Shown here in pieces: positions 1-8,603 of a stretch of DNA of 32,000 nucleotides. A program made the translations under genes and the position numbers. The stretch's first letter is position 1; every line of letters starts with the position of its first letter. The stretch covers positions 960,001 through 992,000 of the forward strand of contig NZ_CP010904.1 of NCBI RefSeq assembly GCF_001017655.1, written 5' to 3'. The notes below the pieces were generated by a model. It made no database searches, was not told the origin of the DNA, and was given only the letters and a program-made list of their open reading frames with translations. The stretch comes from Kiritimatiella glycovorans. Lineage in GTDB: Bacteria > Verrucomicrobiota > Kiritimatiellia > Kiritimatiellales > Kiritimatiellaceae.

Positions 1-181
1 GGTCCTTCAGCGGTTCGCGCACGGTCAGGTTGAGCGTCGCGTCCAGGCTGGGCGGGTCGCCTTCGCGGTCGTACTGGGTGCTCATGCGCGCCCCGTTCTC
101 ATGCAGCGCCAGCAGCGCGCGCTCGTAACCCTCGGCCAGGGTCTCGCCTTCCACGTGCAGTACGGGGATGTCTCCGCTCAT
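1..181 (-). CDS. Hypothetical protein, N-terminal 60 codons only (gene runs off the left edge); possibly thymidylate-synthase-like
   Basis: Absent from the ORF track because it is truncated. Minus-strand ATG at 181-179 follows GGAGGAGGAGAAGAC (reverse complement of 182-196). My hand translation is MSGDIPVLHVEGETLAEGYERALLALHENGARMSTQYDREGDPPSLDATLNLTVREPLKD, open to base 1. The family guess rests only on remembered archaeal-type ThyA-like N-termini and is weak. Confidence 0.5.
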   Translation of the reverse strand, partial: MSGDIPVLHVEGETLAEGYERALLALHENGARMSTQYDREGDPPSLDATLNLTVREPLKD

Positions 182-322
182 GTCTTCTCCTCCTCCTCGA
201 TGGACGCGTTCCTGTTGCACCTGACGGTATAGCATATCCCGCCCCGAAATCGGAAAGAAACCTGTTTCATCCCCGGCGCGAGTCCCCTAGGATGGCGCGT
301 CTGCTCACAGAGGAGAGGGATT

Positions 323-1147
323 ATGACGGTACAGGATACGGGGACGAGGATCATGGCGGTGTTCTGCGATTTCGAGAACATCGCGCTGGGGGTGCGCGAG
401 GCGAAGGACGCCCGCTTTGAAATGGCGCGCGTGCTGGAGCGCCTGCTGATCAAGGGAAACATCGTCGTGCGCAAGGCGTACTGCGACTGGGCGCGCTACA
501 AGGAATTCAAGCCCTCCATGCACGAGGCCTCTTTCGAACTGATCGAGATTCCCCATGTGCGGCAGTCGGGCAAGAATTCCGCGGATATCCGCATGGTGGT
601 GGATGCGCTCGACCTCTGCTACACCAAGGAGCACGTCGATACGTTCGTGATCATCTCCGGCGATTCCGACTTTTCACCGCTGGTCAGCAAGCTGCGCGAG
701 AACAACAAGACCGTGATCGGCGTCGGCGTCAAACAGTCCACGTCGGACCTGCTGACCGCCAACTGCGACGAGTTTATCTACTACGACGACCTCATCCGGC
801 GGGAGGAAACGGGCCGCAAGCGCGCGGCGGCCGTCTCCCGTTCGGCCGGGAAGTCCAGAGGCGGGAAGTCCGGAGGCGACGCGGACGACCGCAAGGAGGA
901 GGCGTGGAACTTGATCGTGGAGACCTACGAGGCGATGGTCGAGGAGCGCGGCGAAGGGAGCAAGATCTGGGGTTCGATGATCAAGCAGACCCTCAAGCGG
1001 CGTAAGCCGGGGTTCAACGAATCCTTCTACGGCTTTCGCTCGTTCAATGAACTCCTCGAAGAGGCCCAGCAGAAGGGCATCCTGGATCTGGAGTACGACG
1101 AGAAATCGGGCGGATACATCATCCGCGGATGCCACGGGGCGGGCTGA
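323..1147 (+). CDS. NYN (LabA/DUF88-like) ribonuclease-fold domain protein with C-terminal OST-HTH/LOTUS domain
   Basis: 274-aa ORF. The N-terminal half has NYN/LabA-type motifs (AVFCDFENI, KNSADIRMVVDA, VIISGDSDFSPLV). A Lys/Arg/Gly-rich linker follows. The C-terminus is OST-HTH-like (WGSMIKQTLKRRKPGFNESFYGFRSFNELLEEAQQKGILDL). SD GGAGAGGGA lies just upstream of the ATG. Confidence 0.85.
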   Translation: MTVQDTGTRIMAVFCDFENIALGVREAKDARFEMARVLERLLIKGNIVVRKAYCDWARYKEFKPSMHEASFELIEIPHVRQSGKNSADIRMVVDALDLCYTKEHVDTFVIISGDSDFSPLVSKLRENNKTVIGVGVKQSTSDLLTANCDEFIYYDDLIRREETGRKRAAAVSRSAGKSRGGKSGGDADDRKEEAWNLIVETYEAMVEERGEGSKIWGSMIKQTLKRRKPGFNESFYGFRSFNELLEEAQQKGILDLEYDEKSGGYIIRGCHGAG

Positions 1148-1165
1148 AGAACAGCGAGCCGCGAT

Positions 1166-2572
1166 ATGAACTACCTGAGTACACGCGGGGGAATGGCACC
1201 GGTCGGGTTCGGCGACGCCGTGCTGATGGGACTGGCGTCCGACGGCGGGCTGCTGCTGCCCGAGGCGATCCCGGAGGTACGCGACCGCCTCGAGGCGTGG
1301 CGCGGGCTGGATTACGCTTCGCTGGCCTTTGAAGTGATGCGGCTGTTCGCCGACGTGCCGGATGACGACCTCAGGCGGATGGTGGATCGAAGCTATGCCG
1401 TGTTCCGGGATCCCGAAGTGGCACCGGTGAAGCCGGTCGGACCGCTGTGGATCATGGAACTCTTCCACGGTCCGACGCTCGCCTTCAAAGACGTCGCCCT
1501 CCAGTTTCTCGGCCACCTCTTCGAATACCTGCTGGAGCAGCGCGGAGGACGGCTCAACATACTCGGCGCCACGAGCGGCGACACCGGAAGCGCGGCGATC
1601 TACGGCGTGCGCGGGAAGAAGGACATCCGCATCTTTATCATGCACCCGCGCGGCCGCGTGAGCCCCGTCCAGGAGCGTCAGATGACCTCCGTCCTCGACG
1701 GGAATGTTTTCAATCTGGCCGTGGAGGGCAGTTTCGATGACTGCCAGCACATCCTGAAGTCGATCTTCGGCGACGTGGAATTCAAGCAGCGGCATGCGCT
1801 GGGAGCGGTCAATTCCGTCAACTGGGCCCGCGTGATGGCGCAGATCGTCTACTACTTTTACGGGGCCTTCCGCGTGATGGATTCCACGGGCGCGGGTCGC
1901 GTCCGTTTCTCGGTGCCGACGGGCAATTTCGGCGATATTCTTGCGGGCTATCTGGCGTGGAAGATGGGGCTGCCGGTGGACCGCCTCGTGCTGGCGACCA
2001 ACGAGAACGACATCCTGGCGCAGTTCTTCACCCGCGGCGTGTACCGCCGGGGCGAGGTGCACGCGACACTGAGCCCCTCGATGGATATCCAGGTCGCGAG
2101 CAATTTCGAACGCTATCTCTATTACCGGTCGGGCGAAGACCCCCGCAAGGTGCGTCATCTGATGGAAACCTTCCGCCGGACGGGCGGGATCAGCGTGGCC
2201 GCGGACGCCTCGGGCCGGATCGATCCCGTCTTCGCGGCGGGACGCGGGTCGCGGGAGCTTACGCTGGCGGTCATCCGCCGCTATCGTGAAGACTATGACT
2301 ACCTGGCCGACCCGCACACGGCGGTGGGGATCGGCGTGGCGGAAGATTTTTGCGATCCGGAGGCTCCCATGATATGCCTCGCGACCGCGCACCCGGCCAA
2401 ATTTCCGGACGCGATCCGGGAGGCGACCGGCGAAGAGGCGCAGCACGCGATTCTGGACCGCTGCCTGAACGCGGAGACGCGGACGGAACGCATGCCCGCC
2501 GACGAACAGGCCGTCCGGGCGTTTATCGCAGACCATGCGCTGGAAGCGGGATCTGAGACAGAATCAGAGTAA
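1166..2572 (+). CDS. thrC: Threonine synthase
   Basis: 468 aa. Canonical ThrC start MNYLSTRGG. PLP-lysine motif FHGPTLAFKDVALQ and GATSGDTGSA loop, colinear with long-form ThrC throughout. The last six codons (SETESE) and the TAA stop lie inside the hexamer repeat. Confidence 0.95.
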   Translation: MNYLSTRGGMAPVGFGDAVLMGLASDGGLLLPEAIPEVRDRLEAWRGLDYASLAFEVMRLFADVPDDDLRRMVDRSYAVFRDPEVAPVKPVGPLWIMELFHGPTLAFKDVALQFLGHLFEYLLEQRGGRLNILGATSGDTGSAAIYGVRGKKDIRIFIMHPRGRVSPVQERQMTSVLDGNVFNLAVEGSFDDCQHILKSIFGDVEFKQRHALGAVNSVNWARVMAQIVYYFYGAFRVMDSTGAGRVRFSVPTGNFGDILAGYLAWKMGLPVDRLVLATNENDILAQFFTRGVYRRGEVHATLSPSMDIQVASNFERYLYYRSGEDPRKVRHLMETFRRTGGISVAADASGRIDPVFAAGRGSRELTLAVIRRYREDYDYLADPHTAVGIGVAEDFCDPEAPMICLATAHPAKFPDAIREATGEEAQHAILDRCLNAETRTERMPADEQAVRAFIADHALEAGSETESE

Positions 2573-2666
2573 GAGTGAGAGACAGAGACAGAATTAGAGT
2601 CAGAATCAGAGTCAGAATCAGAGTAAGAGTGAGAATCAGAATCAGAGACAGAGACAGAGACAGAGT
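2553..2666 (+). repeat. Imperfect tandem hexanucleotide array, 19 consecutive NAGARW units (CAGAGT/CAGAAT/CAGAGA dominant), strongly purine-rich on the + strand
   Basis: Read directly in 6-nt register from 2553: ctgaga cagaat cagagt aagagt gagaga cagaga cagaat tagagt cagaat cagagt cagaat cagagt aagagt gagaat cagaat cagaga cagaga cagaga cagagt. It decays into GAGTGAG (2663-2669, 2674-2680, 2701-2707) and GAAACCTGAG (2680-2689, 2694-2703) direct repeats up to the dapF start. Confidence 0.9.
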
Positions 2667-2709
2667 GAGCGTTGAGTGAGAAACCTGAGACTTGAAACCT
2701 GAGTGAGGC

Positions 2710-3543
2710 ATGAATATCGACTTCTGGAAAATGCACGGCGCGGGTAATGACTTCATCCTGATCGACGACCGGGAGGGAGGTTTTCCTGCGGACGATCCGC
2801 AGCTTATCGCGGAGATGGCCCGACGCCGCACGGGGATCGGCAGCGAGGGCCTGATCCTGATTCAGCGCTCCGGTGAGGCCGACCTCAGGATGCGTTTTTT
2901 CAATCCCGACGGGGGCGAGGTGGAGATGTGCGGCAATGGAGCGCGGTGTTTCGCGCGCCTTGCCTTCGACCTGGGGGCGGCGCCGCGCGCGATGGAATTC
3001 GAAACGGTCGCCGGGCGGCTCGGCGCCGAAGTGCTCGAAGACGGGAGCGTGCGGCTGCGCATGACCGAACCCTCCGGATGGGTGCTCGACGGGCGCCTCG
3101 AGGTAGAGGGAGAGGAGTTGCGCTATGATTTCGTCAATACCGGCGTGCCGCACGTGGTCCTGACGGTGGAGGATCTCGACGACGTGGATCTGGAAGGCAC
3201 GGGGGCGGCCGTACGGTACCATCCGCAGTTCGCCCCCGCGGGCACCAACGTGAACTTCATGCAGGGGTGCGACGGCAACACGCTGTGCGTACGCACCTAC
3301 GAGCGCGGCGTCGAAGGCGAGTCCGGCGCGTGCGGCACCGGCATCGTGGCCTGCGGGTTGACCGCGGCGCGGCACGGATTGACGTCCCTGCCCGTCACGG
3401 TCCGCGCGGGAAGCGGCGACCTCCTCGAGGTGGACCGCCGTGAGGAAAACGAATGCGGGCCGCGCGTGACGCTGACCGGCCCCGCCGTCTACGTGTACCG
3501 GGGTCGCTGGAGGCCGAGTCCGCGGCAGAATAAGCATTTTTGA
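2710..3543 (+). CDS. dapF: Diaminopimelate epimerase
   Basis: 277 aa. KMHGAGNDFILID start motif. Both catalytic-Cys motifs are present (FFNPDGGEVEMCGNGARC and ESGACGTGIVA). SD GAGG sits within GAGTGAGGC before the ATG. Confidence 0.95.
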   Translation: MNIDFWKMHGAGNDFILIDDREGGFPADDPQLIAEMARRRTGIGSEGLILIQRSGEADLRMRFFNPDGGEVEMCGNGARCFARLAFDLGAAPRAMEFETVAGRLGAEVLEDGSVRLRMTEPSGWVLDGRLEVEGEELRYDFVNTGVPHVVLTVEDLDDVDLEGTGAAVRYHPQFAPAGTNVNFMQGCDGNTLCVRTYERGVEGESGACGTGIVACGLTAARHGLTSLPVTVRAGSGDLLEVDRREENECGPRVTLTGPAVYVYRGRWRPSPRQNKHF

Positions 3544-3577
3544 ACTTTTTCCTTTGGCATTGATCAAAAGCTAACAT

Positions 3578-6448
3578 ATGGTCTCCGTTCCCATGGAATC
3601 AGCAACAGGCAGTCAGGGAAGCCGCGTATGGAGGGGCGTTGCCGCCGCTCTGGTGTTCATCACGCTCGCCGTCTCCGCCGAAGCGCAGTCGGTTTCGAGC
3701 ATGTCGACCAGCCAGCTCATCTCGCAGGCGGAGTCGATGCTGGCGGAAAAAAGGTACGGTCAGCTTCCCGAATACCTGAATGAGATCATCACCCGTCTCA
3801 GCGAGATCGAGAGCGAGGATGCGCGCGGCACGCTGGACTTCGCACGCTTCCGGCTCGGCGAGGCGTACTTCTTCACCGAACAGTACGACAAGGCGGTCAC
3901 CACCTTTGAGACGTATCTCAAGGAGATGCCGAAGGGTCAATGGCGGCAGTCGGCCAGCATCTACACCGCCGAGGCCCACGCCATGCGGCAGAACTGGCAG
4001 GGGATTATCGATGCCCTCGAGCCCGTCATGGCCGAAGCCGCGGAGCTTTCCGAAAAGCGCAGACGACTCGCGAGCCTGCTGATCGGCCAGGCGAATTTCA
4101 AGCTGGAGCAGTGGGGCGAGGCCTATCCCGCGCTTCGCTACGCGATGGACCATGCCGAGCGCGATGAAGTGCGGCGCAATGCCACCGTGATGGCGGTCAC
4201 CTGTCTCGTGCGTCTCGACCGGTTCGACGAGCTCAGCCGCCTCCTGCCCAGGGTTTACCAGTCCGACGCCCGCTACGACGTGGCGCTGAATATCGCCCTG
4301 ATGGAAGGCGGGGCGCGCAAATACGACGCCGAGCAGTACATGGAGGCGCTGCTTCTCTACCGGCTCGTGTTCCTCAAGTCGGAACTGCTCGATCGCCTCA
4401 AGGCCGACATGGCCGCAAATAAAAAAATCGTGGAGGAAAAGTTCCGGGCCGGCGCGGGCAAGGATTACGATCGGTACAAAGAGCGCAAGCGGCGCGCGGA
4501 ACGGGAACTCGAAACGCAGCAGGAGCAGCTCCGGGAGCTGCAGGACATCCCCGATTACGATATCGATATCCGCATGCGCATCGCCCAGACCTACGACGGG
4601 ATGAAGCGTCACTGGCCCGCCTACCTGCTCTACCGTTCCATCTACCGCAACCACCCCGACCACCAGCTCGCCGAGACCGCGCGCTATGCGACGTTTTCCT
4701 CTCTGCTCGGCCTGAAGCTCGAAGAGCGCGCCGTCGAGGAGGGCATCGCCTATCTGGACGATCATCCGCGCGGCGAATACTGGGAGCAGGTTTCGCTCAA
4801 TCTTACGCGCCTGCACATGAAGAACGGCGACTTCGAGCGGGCTTTGGCGATGGCGGGGCGCGCCCTGGAGGAACGCCCGCGGCATTCCGACCGCGACGAG
4901 CTGCTCTACCTGACGGGCTTCAGCCATTTCAAGCAGGGCGATTACGAGAAGGCGATCGGGCAGTTCGCGGAGGTCAGCGAAGATCACCCCGGCAGCTCGT
5001 TCGCCGAACCCGCCGGGTACTGGCACGGGATGTGTCTGCTCTACCGCGGCAAATATCCGGAGGCGCGTGCGCAATTCGCTTCGTTCATCGACACCTACCC
5101 CGACAGCCGGTTCGCGCAGGACGCCACCTACCGCCTGGGCGTCTGTTATTACGGCGAGGGCGAGATCGAACAGGCGGAGGAAACCTTCTCGCAGTTCATC
5201 GAGAAGTATCCGCTCAGCGACCTGCTCTCCGAGGCCTACGCCATGCGCGCCGATATCGAAGCCTCCCGCGGCGAGGTCGAGGCCGCGTACGAGGATTACG
5301 TCAAGGCGCGCGAAAACGCGAAACACGCCTACCAGGTCAGCTATGCCGTCTTCCGCAGCGCGAAGCTGTACGAGATGGAAGGCCGCTACGAAGAGATCAT
5401 CGAGATCATGAACGGCTACCTGGAGCGCTGGGGCGAGGAAGCGGATGTCGCCGAGGCGGCGTACTGGATCGGCAAGGCGCGCCGTGAGCAGGGCAATCCG
5501 GCCGGGGCGCTGGAGGCCTATCTCGACGCGATTACGCGCTTCGGCGACGATCAGAGCAATTACGGCGTGGACCTGATCATCGACGATATCGTCAACCGCA
5601 CATCCGAGTTCGAGGGCAGCGAGGGTTATGAGCAATTCCTCAGGGAACTGGAATTCAAACTCCGCCGCATGGGCGGGGACAAGAGGACGCTGAAACTGCG
5701 GCTGCAGACGCTTTTCGCTCAGACCACCGACTCGGACGACAAACGCGAACAGTATATGCAGCAGATCCTGCAGCCGGAGCTGATCGACGAGGCCGCCCCG
5801 TCCACGCTCGCGCTCATGAGCCGTGCCGCCTATGCGCGCGGGAAGTACGACCTGGTGCAGAAGGCCTACACCGAGTTCAGGGAGCGGCACGAGGCCTCGG
5901 ATCTCTTCCTCGATGCCATGCTCGCCCGCGCGGGCGTCCACATGGTGGACGAGGAATTCGACAAGGCGGAACCGCTGCTGAACGACATCCTCGACCGCTA
6001 CGGGTACGTCGCCGACACCGGCGAGGCCCAGAAGATGCTGGCCGATGTCTACCGGGAGAAGGGCCAGTACGAACAGGCCGTCGAGAATTATAAGAAGATC
6101 TTCTCCGTCCCGGCCTGGGGTGGCGAGATGAAGCCCGAGGCCCTGTACTGGATGGGTGTCAGCCACTTTGAAAACGGTGACGTGCGCAAGGCGTTCGGCT
6201 TCTTCCAGCGCGTGTACGTGCTGTACGAAGCCTATCCCCAGTGGGCGGCGCGGGCCTACCTCAAGAGCGCGCGCTGTCTCAAAATTATGGGCAAACAATC
6301 CGAGGCCCTCGCCACGTACAGGGAAATGCTGAACAAGCGTGAAGTCTACGCCGGACTGCCTGAGTACGAGGAGGCGCTGGAGCTGCGGGACGAGCTGCAG
6401 GCCGAGCTGCCGGAGTCGACGGCTGAAGAGGCGTCGGAGGAATCGTAA
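3578..6448 (+). CDS. Large secreted tetratricopeptide-repeat (TPR) protein, first gene of the ExbBD-associated cluster
   Basis: 956 aa. Signal-peptide-like N-terminus (VAAALVFITLAVSAEA/QS). Many TPR-like helix pairs recur (e.g. LGEAYFFTEQYDKAVTTFETYL, YLTGFSHFKQGDYEKAIGQF, YRLGVCYYGEGEIEQAEETF, YWMGVSHFENGDVRKAFGFF). A charged coiled-coil-like segment sits around KERKRRAERELETQQEQLRELQ. The start is uncertain (ATG 3578 or 3593; neither has a clear SD). Confidence 0.85.
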   Translation: MVSVPMESATGSQGSRVWRGVAAALVFITLAVSAEAQSVSSMSTSQLISQAESMLAEKRYGQLPEYLNEIITRLSEIESEDARGTLDFARFRLGEAYFFTEQYDKAVTTFETYLKEMPKGQWRQSASIYTAEAHAMRQNWQGIIDALEPVMAEAAELSEKRRRLASLLIGQANFKLEQWGEAYPALRYAMDHAERDEVRRNATVMAVTCLVRLDRFDELSRLLPRVYQSDARYDVALNIALMEGGARKYDAEQYMEALLLYRLVFLKSELLDRLKADMAANKKIVEEKFRAGAGKDYDRYKERKRRAERELETQQEQLRELQDIPDYDIDIRMRIAQTYDGMKRHWPAYLLYRSIYRNHPDHQLAETARYATFSSLLGLKLEERAVEEGIAYLDDHPRGEYWEQVSLNLTRLHMKNGDFERALAMAGRALEERPRHSDRDELLYLTGFSHFKQGDYEKAIGQFAEVSEDHPGSSFAEPAGYWHGMCLLYRGKYPEARAQFASFIDTYPDSRFAQDATYRLGVCYYGEGEIEQAEETFSQFIEKYPLSDLLSEAYAMRADIEASRGEVEAAYEDYVKARENAKHAYQVSYAVFRSAKLYEMEGRYEEIIEIMNGYLERWGEEADVAEAAYWIGKARREQGNPAGALEAYLDAITRFGDDQSNYGVDLIIDDIVNRTSEFEGSEGYEQFLRELEFKLRRMGGDKRTLKLRLQTLFAQTTDSDDKREQYMQQILQPELIDEAAPSTLALMSRAAYARGKYDLVQKAYTEFRERHEASDLFLDAMLARAGVHMVDEEFDKAEPLLNDILDRYGYVADTGEAQKMLADVYREKGQYEQAVENYKKIFSVPAWGGEMKPEALYWMGVSHFENGDVRKAFGFFQRVYVLYEAYPQWAARAYLKSARCLKIMGKQSEALATYREMLNKREVYAGLPEYEEALELRDELQAELPESTAEEASEES

Positions 6449-6451
6449 GTT

Positions 6452-7300
6452 ATGCGTTTTAAGCGGATGGTATGGTGTGGAGTGCTGATGGCGGCTGCGG
6501 CGGTGACGGCGCAGGATGAGCCTCTGGCGCGCATGACGCTGCAGAGCGGGAAGAAGTGGGTGGTCTATCTCCAGGGGCGCAAGGGCGATGTGCTCGAGAT
6601 GCGCCGCAAAGGCGATCAGAACGCGATCCAGATGCCCGCTTCCGCCTTCAGCGAAATGGAATTCCGCATCGAGGTGGACCTCGAAGAGGCCCGCGACTGG
6701 TATCGCAAAGGGGAATTCGACCGCATTCGCCAGGAAGTGGGCGGTCTGATCGAGGAACGACTTCCCTATCTCGATATCCCCAACAATCTTACGCCGTACT
6801 CGATTCTCATGCTCAAGGCGAACTACTGGGACGGGCATTACGATGAAGTCGTGGAGTCCGCGGAACGGTTGAGCGAGTCGCTCGACGACGACGTGCGCAG
6901 GACCGCGGAGGGATTCCGCGCCCTCACGCACCTGGAGCGCGAGGAGACCAACGACGCCCGCCGCATTATCGAGAAGCTCGACATCCGCGAGGATGCGGAG
7001 GGACAGGGTGCCATGGACTGGTATCTGCTCTCGCTCTACAGGCAGCAGCGCGGCGAACTGATTTCCTCTCAGGAAACCGTCGCGCACGTGGTGGCCTTTC
7101 ATCCGCGCGATTTCGAGTGGATGCCGGCCGCCCTTCATCATTCGGCCGAGTTGTACGGACTTTCCGATGACTTCAACGCGGCCGACCGCGTCATCGCGGA
7201 AGTGCGGACGTTCTTCGGTCATACATTCTGGAGCAACCGGGTGGATTCACTCCAGACCCGGTTGCGTGAACTCGAACGTGAAGCCATGAAATCGGAGTGA
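6452..7300 (+). CDS. Secreted hypothetical protein (helical, TPR-like C-terminal half)
   Basis: 282 aa. Starts 3 nt after the TPR gene stop. Signal peptide MRFKRMVWCGVLMAAAAVTA/QDE. I recognise no family. Coding is supported by position in the operon and non-shadow amino-acid composition. Confidence 0.7.
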   Translation: MRFKRMVWCGVLMAAAAVTAQDEPLARMTLQSGKKWVVYLQGRKGDVLEMRRKGDQNAIQMPASAFSEMEFRIEVDLEEARDWYRKGEFDRIRQEVGGLIEERLPYLDIPNNLTPYSILMLKANYWDGHYDEVVESAERLSESLDDDVRRTAEGFRALTHLEREETNDARRIIEKLDIREDAEGQGAMDWYLLSLYRQQRGELISSQETVAHVVAFHPRDFEWMPAALHHSAELYGLSDDFNAADRVIAEVRTFFGHTFWSNRVDSLQTRLRELEREAMKSE

Positions 7301-7340
7301 CGAGACAACGTCTCAGGGAGTAACCCGGAGAAGGAGTGCC

Positions 7341-8150
7341 ATGTACAAGACGAAAGATACCCGACGGATGACGAAAGCGTTCTTCGCCGTGATGGCCCTG
7401 GTCCTGTTTGCGGCGGCAGCGGCCTGGGCGCAGGAGGAGGGCGCGGCGGCCGAAGATCCCGAAAAGATGCTGACGCTCTGGGACATGATCAAGGCCGGCG
7501 GCTGGGCGATGGTCCCGCTGCTGCTCTGCTCGCTCGCCACGGTCACGTTCATCGTCCAGAACGCCCTCGTGCTGAGCGAGAAGAAAATGCTGCGCCCGGA
7601 CCTCGTGCCCGGCCTGAAGCGCAAAATGGCCGACAAGGATCTCGCCGGCGTGAAGGAAGTCTGCAGCAGCGAACGTTCCCTGCTCACCGATGTGCTCGGG
7701 GCGGGTCTTGAGCGGTGCGGCGGAGCGGACGACCTCGAGATGGAAAACGTCAAAGAGGCTATTGACGAGGCCGGAACCGAACAGATGGCCACCTACATGA
7801 AACCGATCAACTACCTCTCGATCATCGGCGCGGTCTCGCCGATGCTCGGACTGCTCGGTACGGTGATCGGTATGGTCAAGGCGTTCCAGACGATCGGCAC
7901 CCAGGGGATGGGCCGGCCCGAAATGCTGGCGGCCAATATCGGGGAGGCCCTCATCACGACGGCCACGGGCCTGATCATCGCCATTCCCGCCATGCTGTTC
8001 TATTTCTTTTTCCGCAACAACTTCACCAAGTATATGGCCACGATGGGGCGCACCGTGGGCGGCATGCTCGACGCGCTGTGCACCGGCCGCGTTCCGGAAG
8101 AGGAGGGACTCGAGGAAGCCGCCGCGGAGGGCGAAACGGAGACCGCGTAA
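7341..8150 (+). CDS. exbB: MotA/TolQ/ExbB family proton channel
   Basis: 269 aa. Family signature SPMLGLLGTVIGMVKAFQ ... NIGEALITTATGLIIAIPAMLFYFFFRN. N-terminal signal-like segment (LFAAAAAWA/QEE). SD GAAGGAG lies 5 nt upstream. Confidence 0.9.
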   Translation: MYKTKDTRRMTKAFFAVMALVLFAAAAAWAQEEGAAAEDPEKMLTLWDMIKAGGWAMVPLLLCSLATVTFIVQNALVLSEKKMLRPDLVPGLKRKMADKDLAGVKEVCSSERSLLTDVLGAGLERCGGADDLEMENVKEAIDEAGTEQMATYMKPINYLSIIGAVSPMLGLLGTVIGMVKAFQTIGTQGMGRPEMLAANIGEALITTATGLIIAIPAMLFYFFFRNNFTKYMATMGRTVGGMLDALCTGRVPEEEGLEEAAAEGETETA

Positions 8151-8189
8151 CGGCGGAACAACCCCGGCCGGAGCAGCGGAGAGGATGCT

Positions 8190-8597
8190 ATGAAATTCAC
8201 GATGCCCAAAGGAGAAGAGGCCGAGGTGCAGATGGCACCGATGATCGATATGGTGTTTCTGCTGCTCATCTTCTTTATGGTGGCCTCTCAGCTCAACGAG
8301 ATGAACAAGATCGACGTCGACCTGCCCGTGGCCGAGGATTCGGCCATACCGGAAGACCAGTCGGGGCGGCGGCTGATTTCGGTCAAGGAGACCGGACAGG
8401 TCTTCGCCGGACTGAATCCGGTGTCGCTGGAACGGCTTACCGAAATCGTGAAGCAGGAACTGGAGATTAATCCGCAGGTCCGCTTCTTCATCCGCGCCGA
8501 CGAACAGGTGCGCCACGGTGAAGTGAAAAAAGTGATGAAGACCTGCGCCGAGGCCGGGGCGGCCGACCTCATCTTCGCGACCTACCAATCGGAGTAA
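8190..8597 (+). CDS. exbD: ExbD/TolR family biopolymer transport protein (copy 1)
   Basis: 135 aa. N-terminal membrane helix MAPMIDMVFLLLIFFMV keeps the conserved intramembrane Asp. C-terminal periplasmic domain ends ...IRADEQVRHGEVKKVMKTCAEAG. SD GGAGAGGA upstream. Confidence 0.9.
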   Translation: MKFTMPKGEEAEVQMAPMIDMVFLLLIFFMVASQLNEMNKIDVDLPVAEDSAIPEDQSGRRLISVKETGQVFAGLNPVSLERLTEIVKQELEINPQVRFFIRADEQVRHGEVKKVMKTCAEAGAADLIFATYQSE

Positions 8598-8603
8598 CGC
8601 GGC

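Noticed and set aside
674-2536. 620-aa minus-strand ORF antisense to the NYN gene 3' end and all of thrC
   Set aside because: The opposite strand encodes an unmistakable full-length threonine synthase. The antisense product is Arg/Ala/His/Pro-rich low-information sequence typical of high-GC shadow ORFs.
2553-2666. Could the repeat array be a CRISPR array or a mobile-element end?
   Set aside because: The units are 6 nt, contiguous and without spacers. There are no cas genes and no terminal inverted repeats or target duplications. It is a microsatellite-type array.
2299-3567. Minus-strand ORFs (422 aa, and 102 aa at 2523-2831) encoding SDSDSD/SVSVS or LTLSLSL low-complexity runs
   Set aside because: The low-complexity runs are just the reverse translation of the hexamer repeat. 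The rest is antisense to dapF and the thrC 3' end.
3554-3577. TTGGCA / TAACAT as a sigma-70 pair, or TGGCA as a sigma-54 -24 element, upstream of the TPR gene
   Set aside because: The hexamers are only 12 nt apart, and TAACAT abuts the ATG. No TTGC -12 element sits at the right distance for sigma-54.
3599-7222. 1207-aa minus-strand ORF, the longest in the track, antisense to the TPR gene and the following gene
   Set aside because: This is a shadow frame of a GC-rich coding region. Its composition is dominated by R/A/G/L/H/P/V with no recognisable domain. It spans two well-supported + strand genes with signal peptides and TPR periodicity, and has no plausible RBS.
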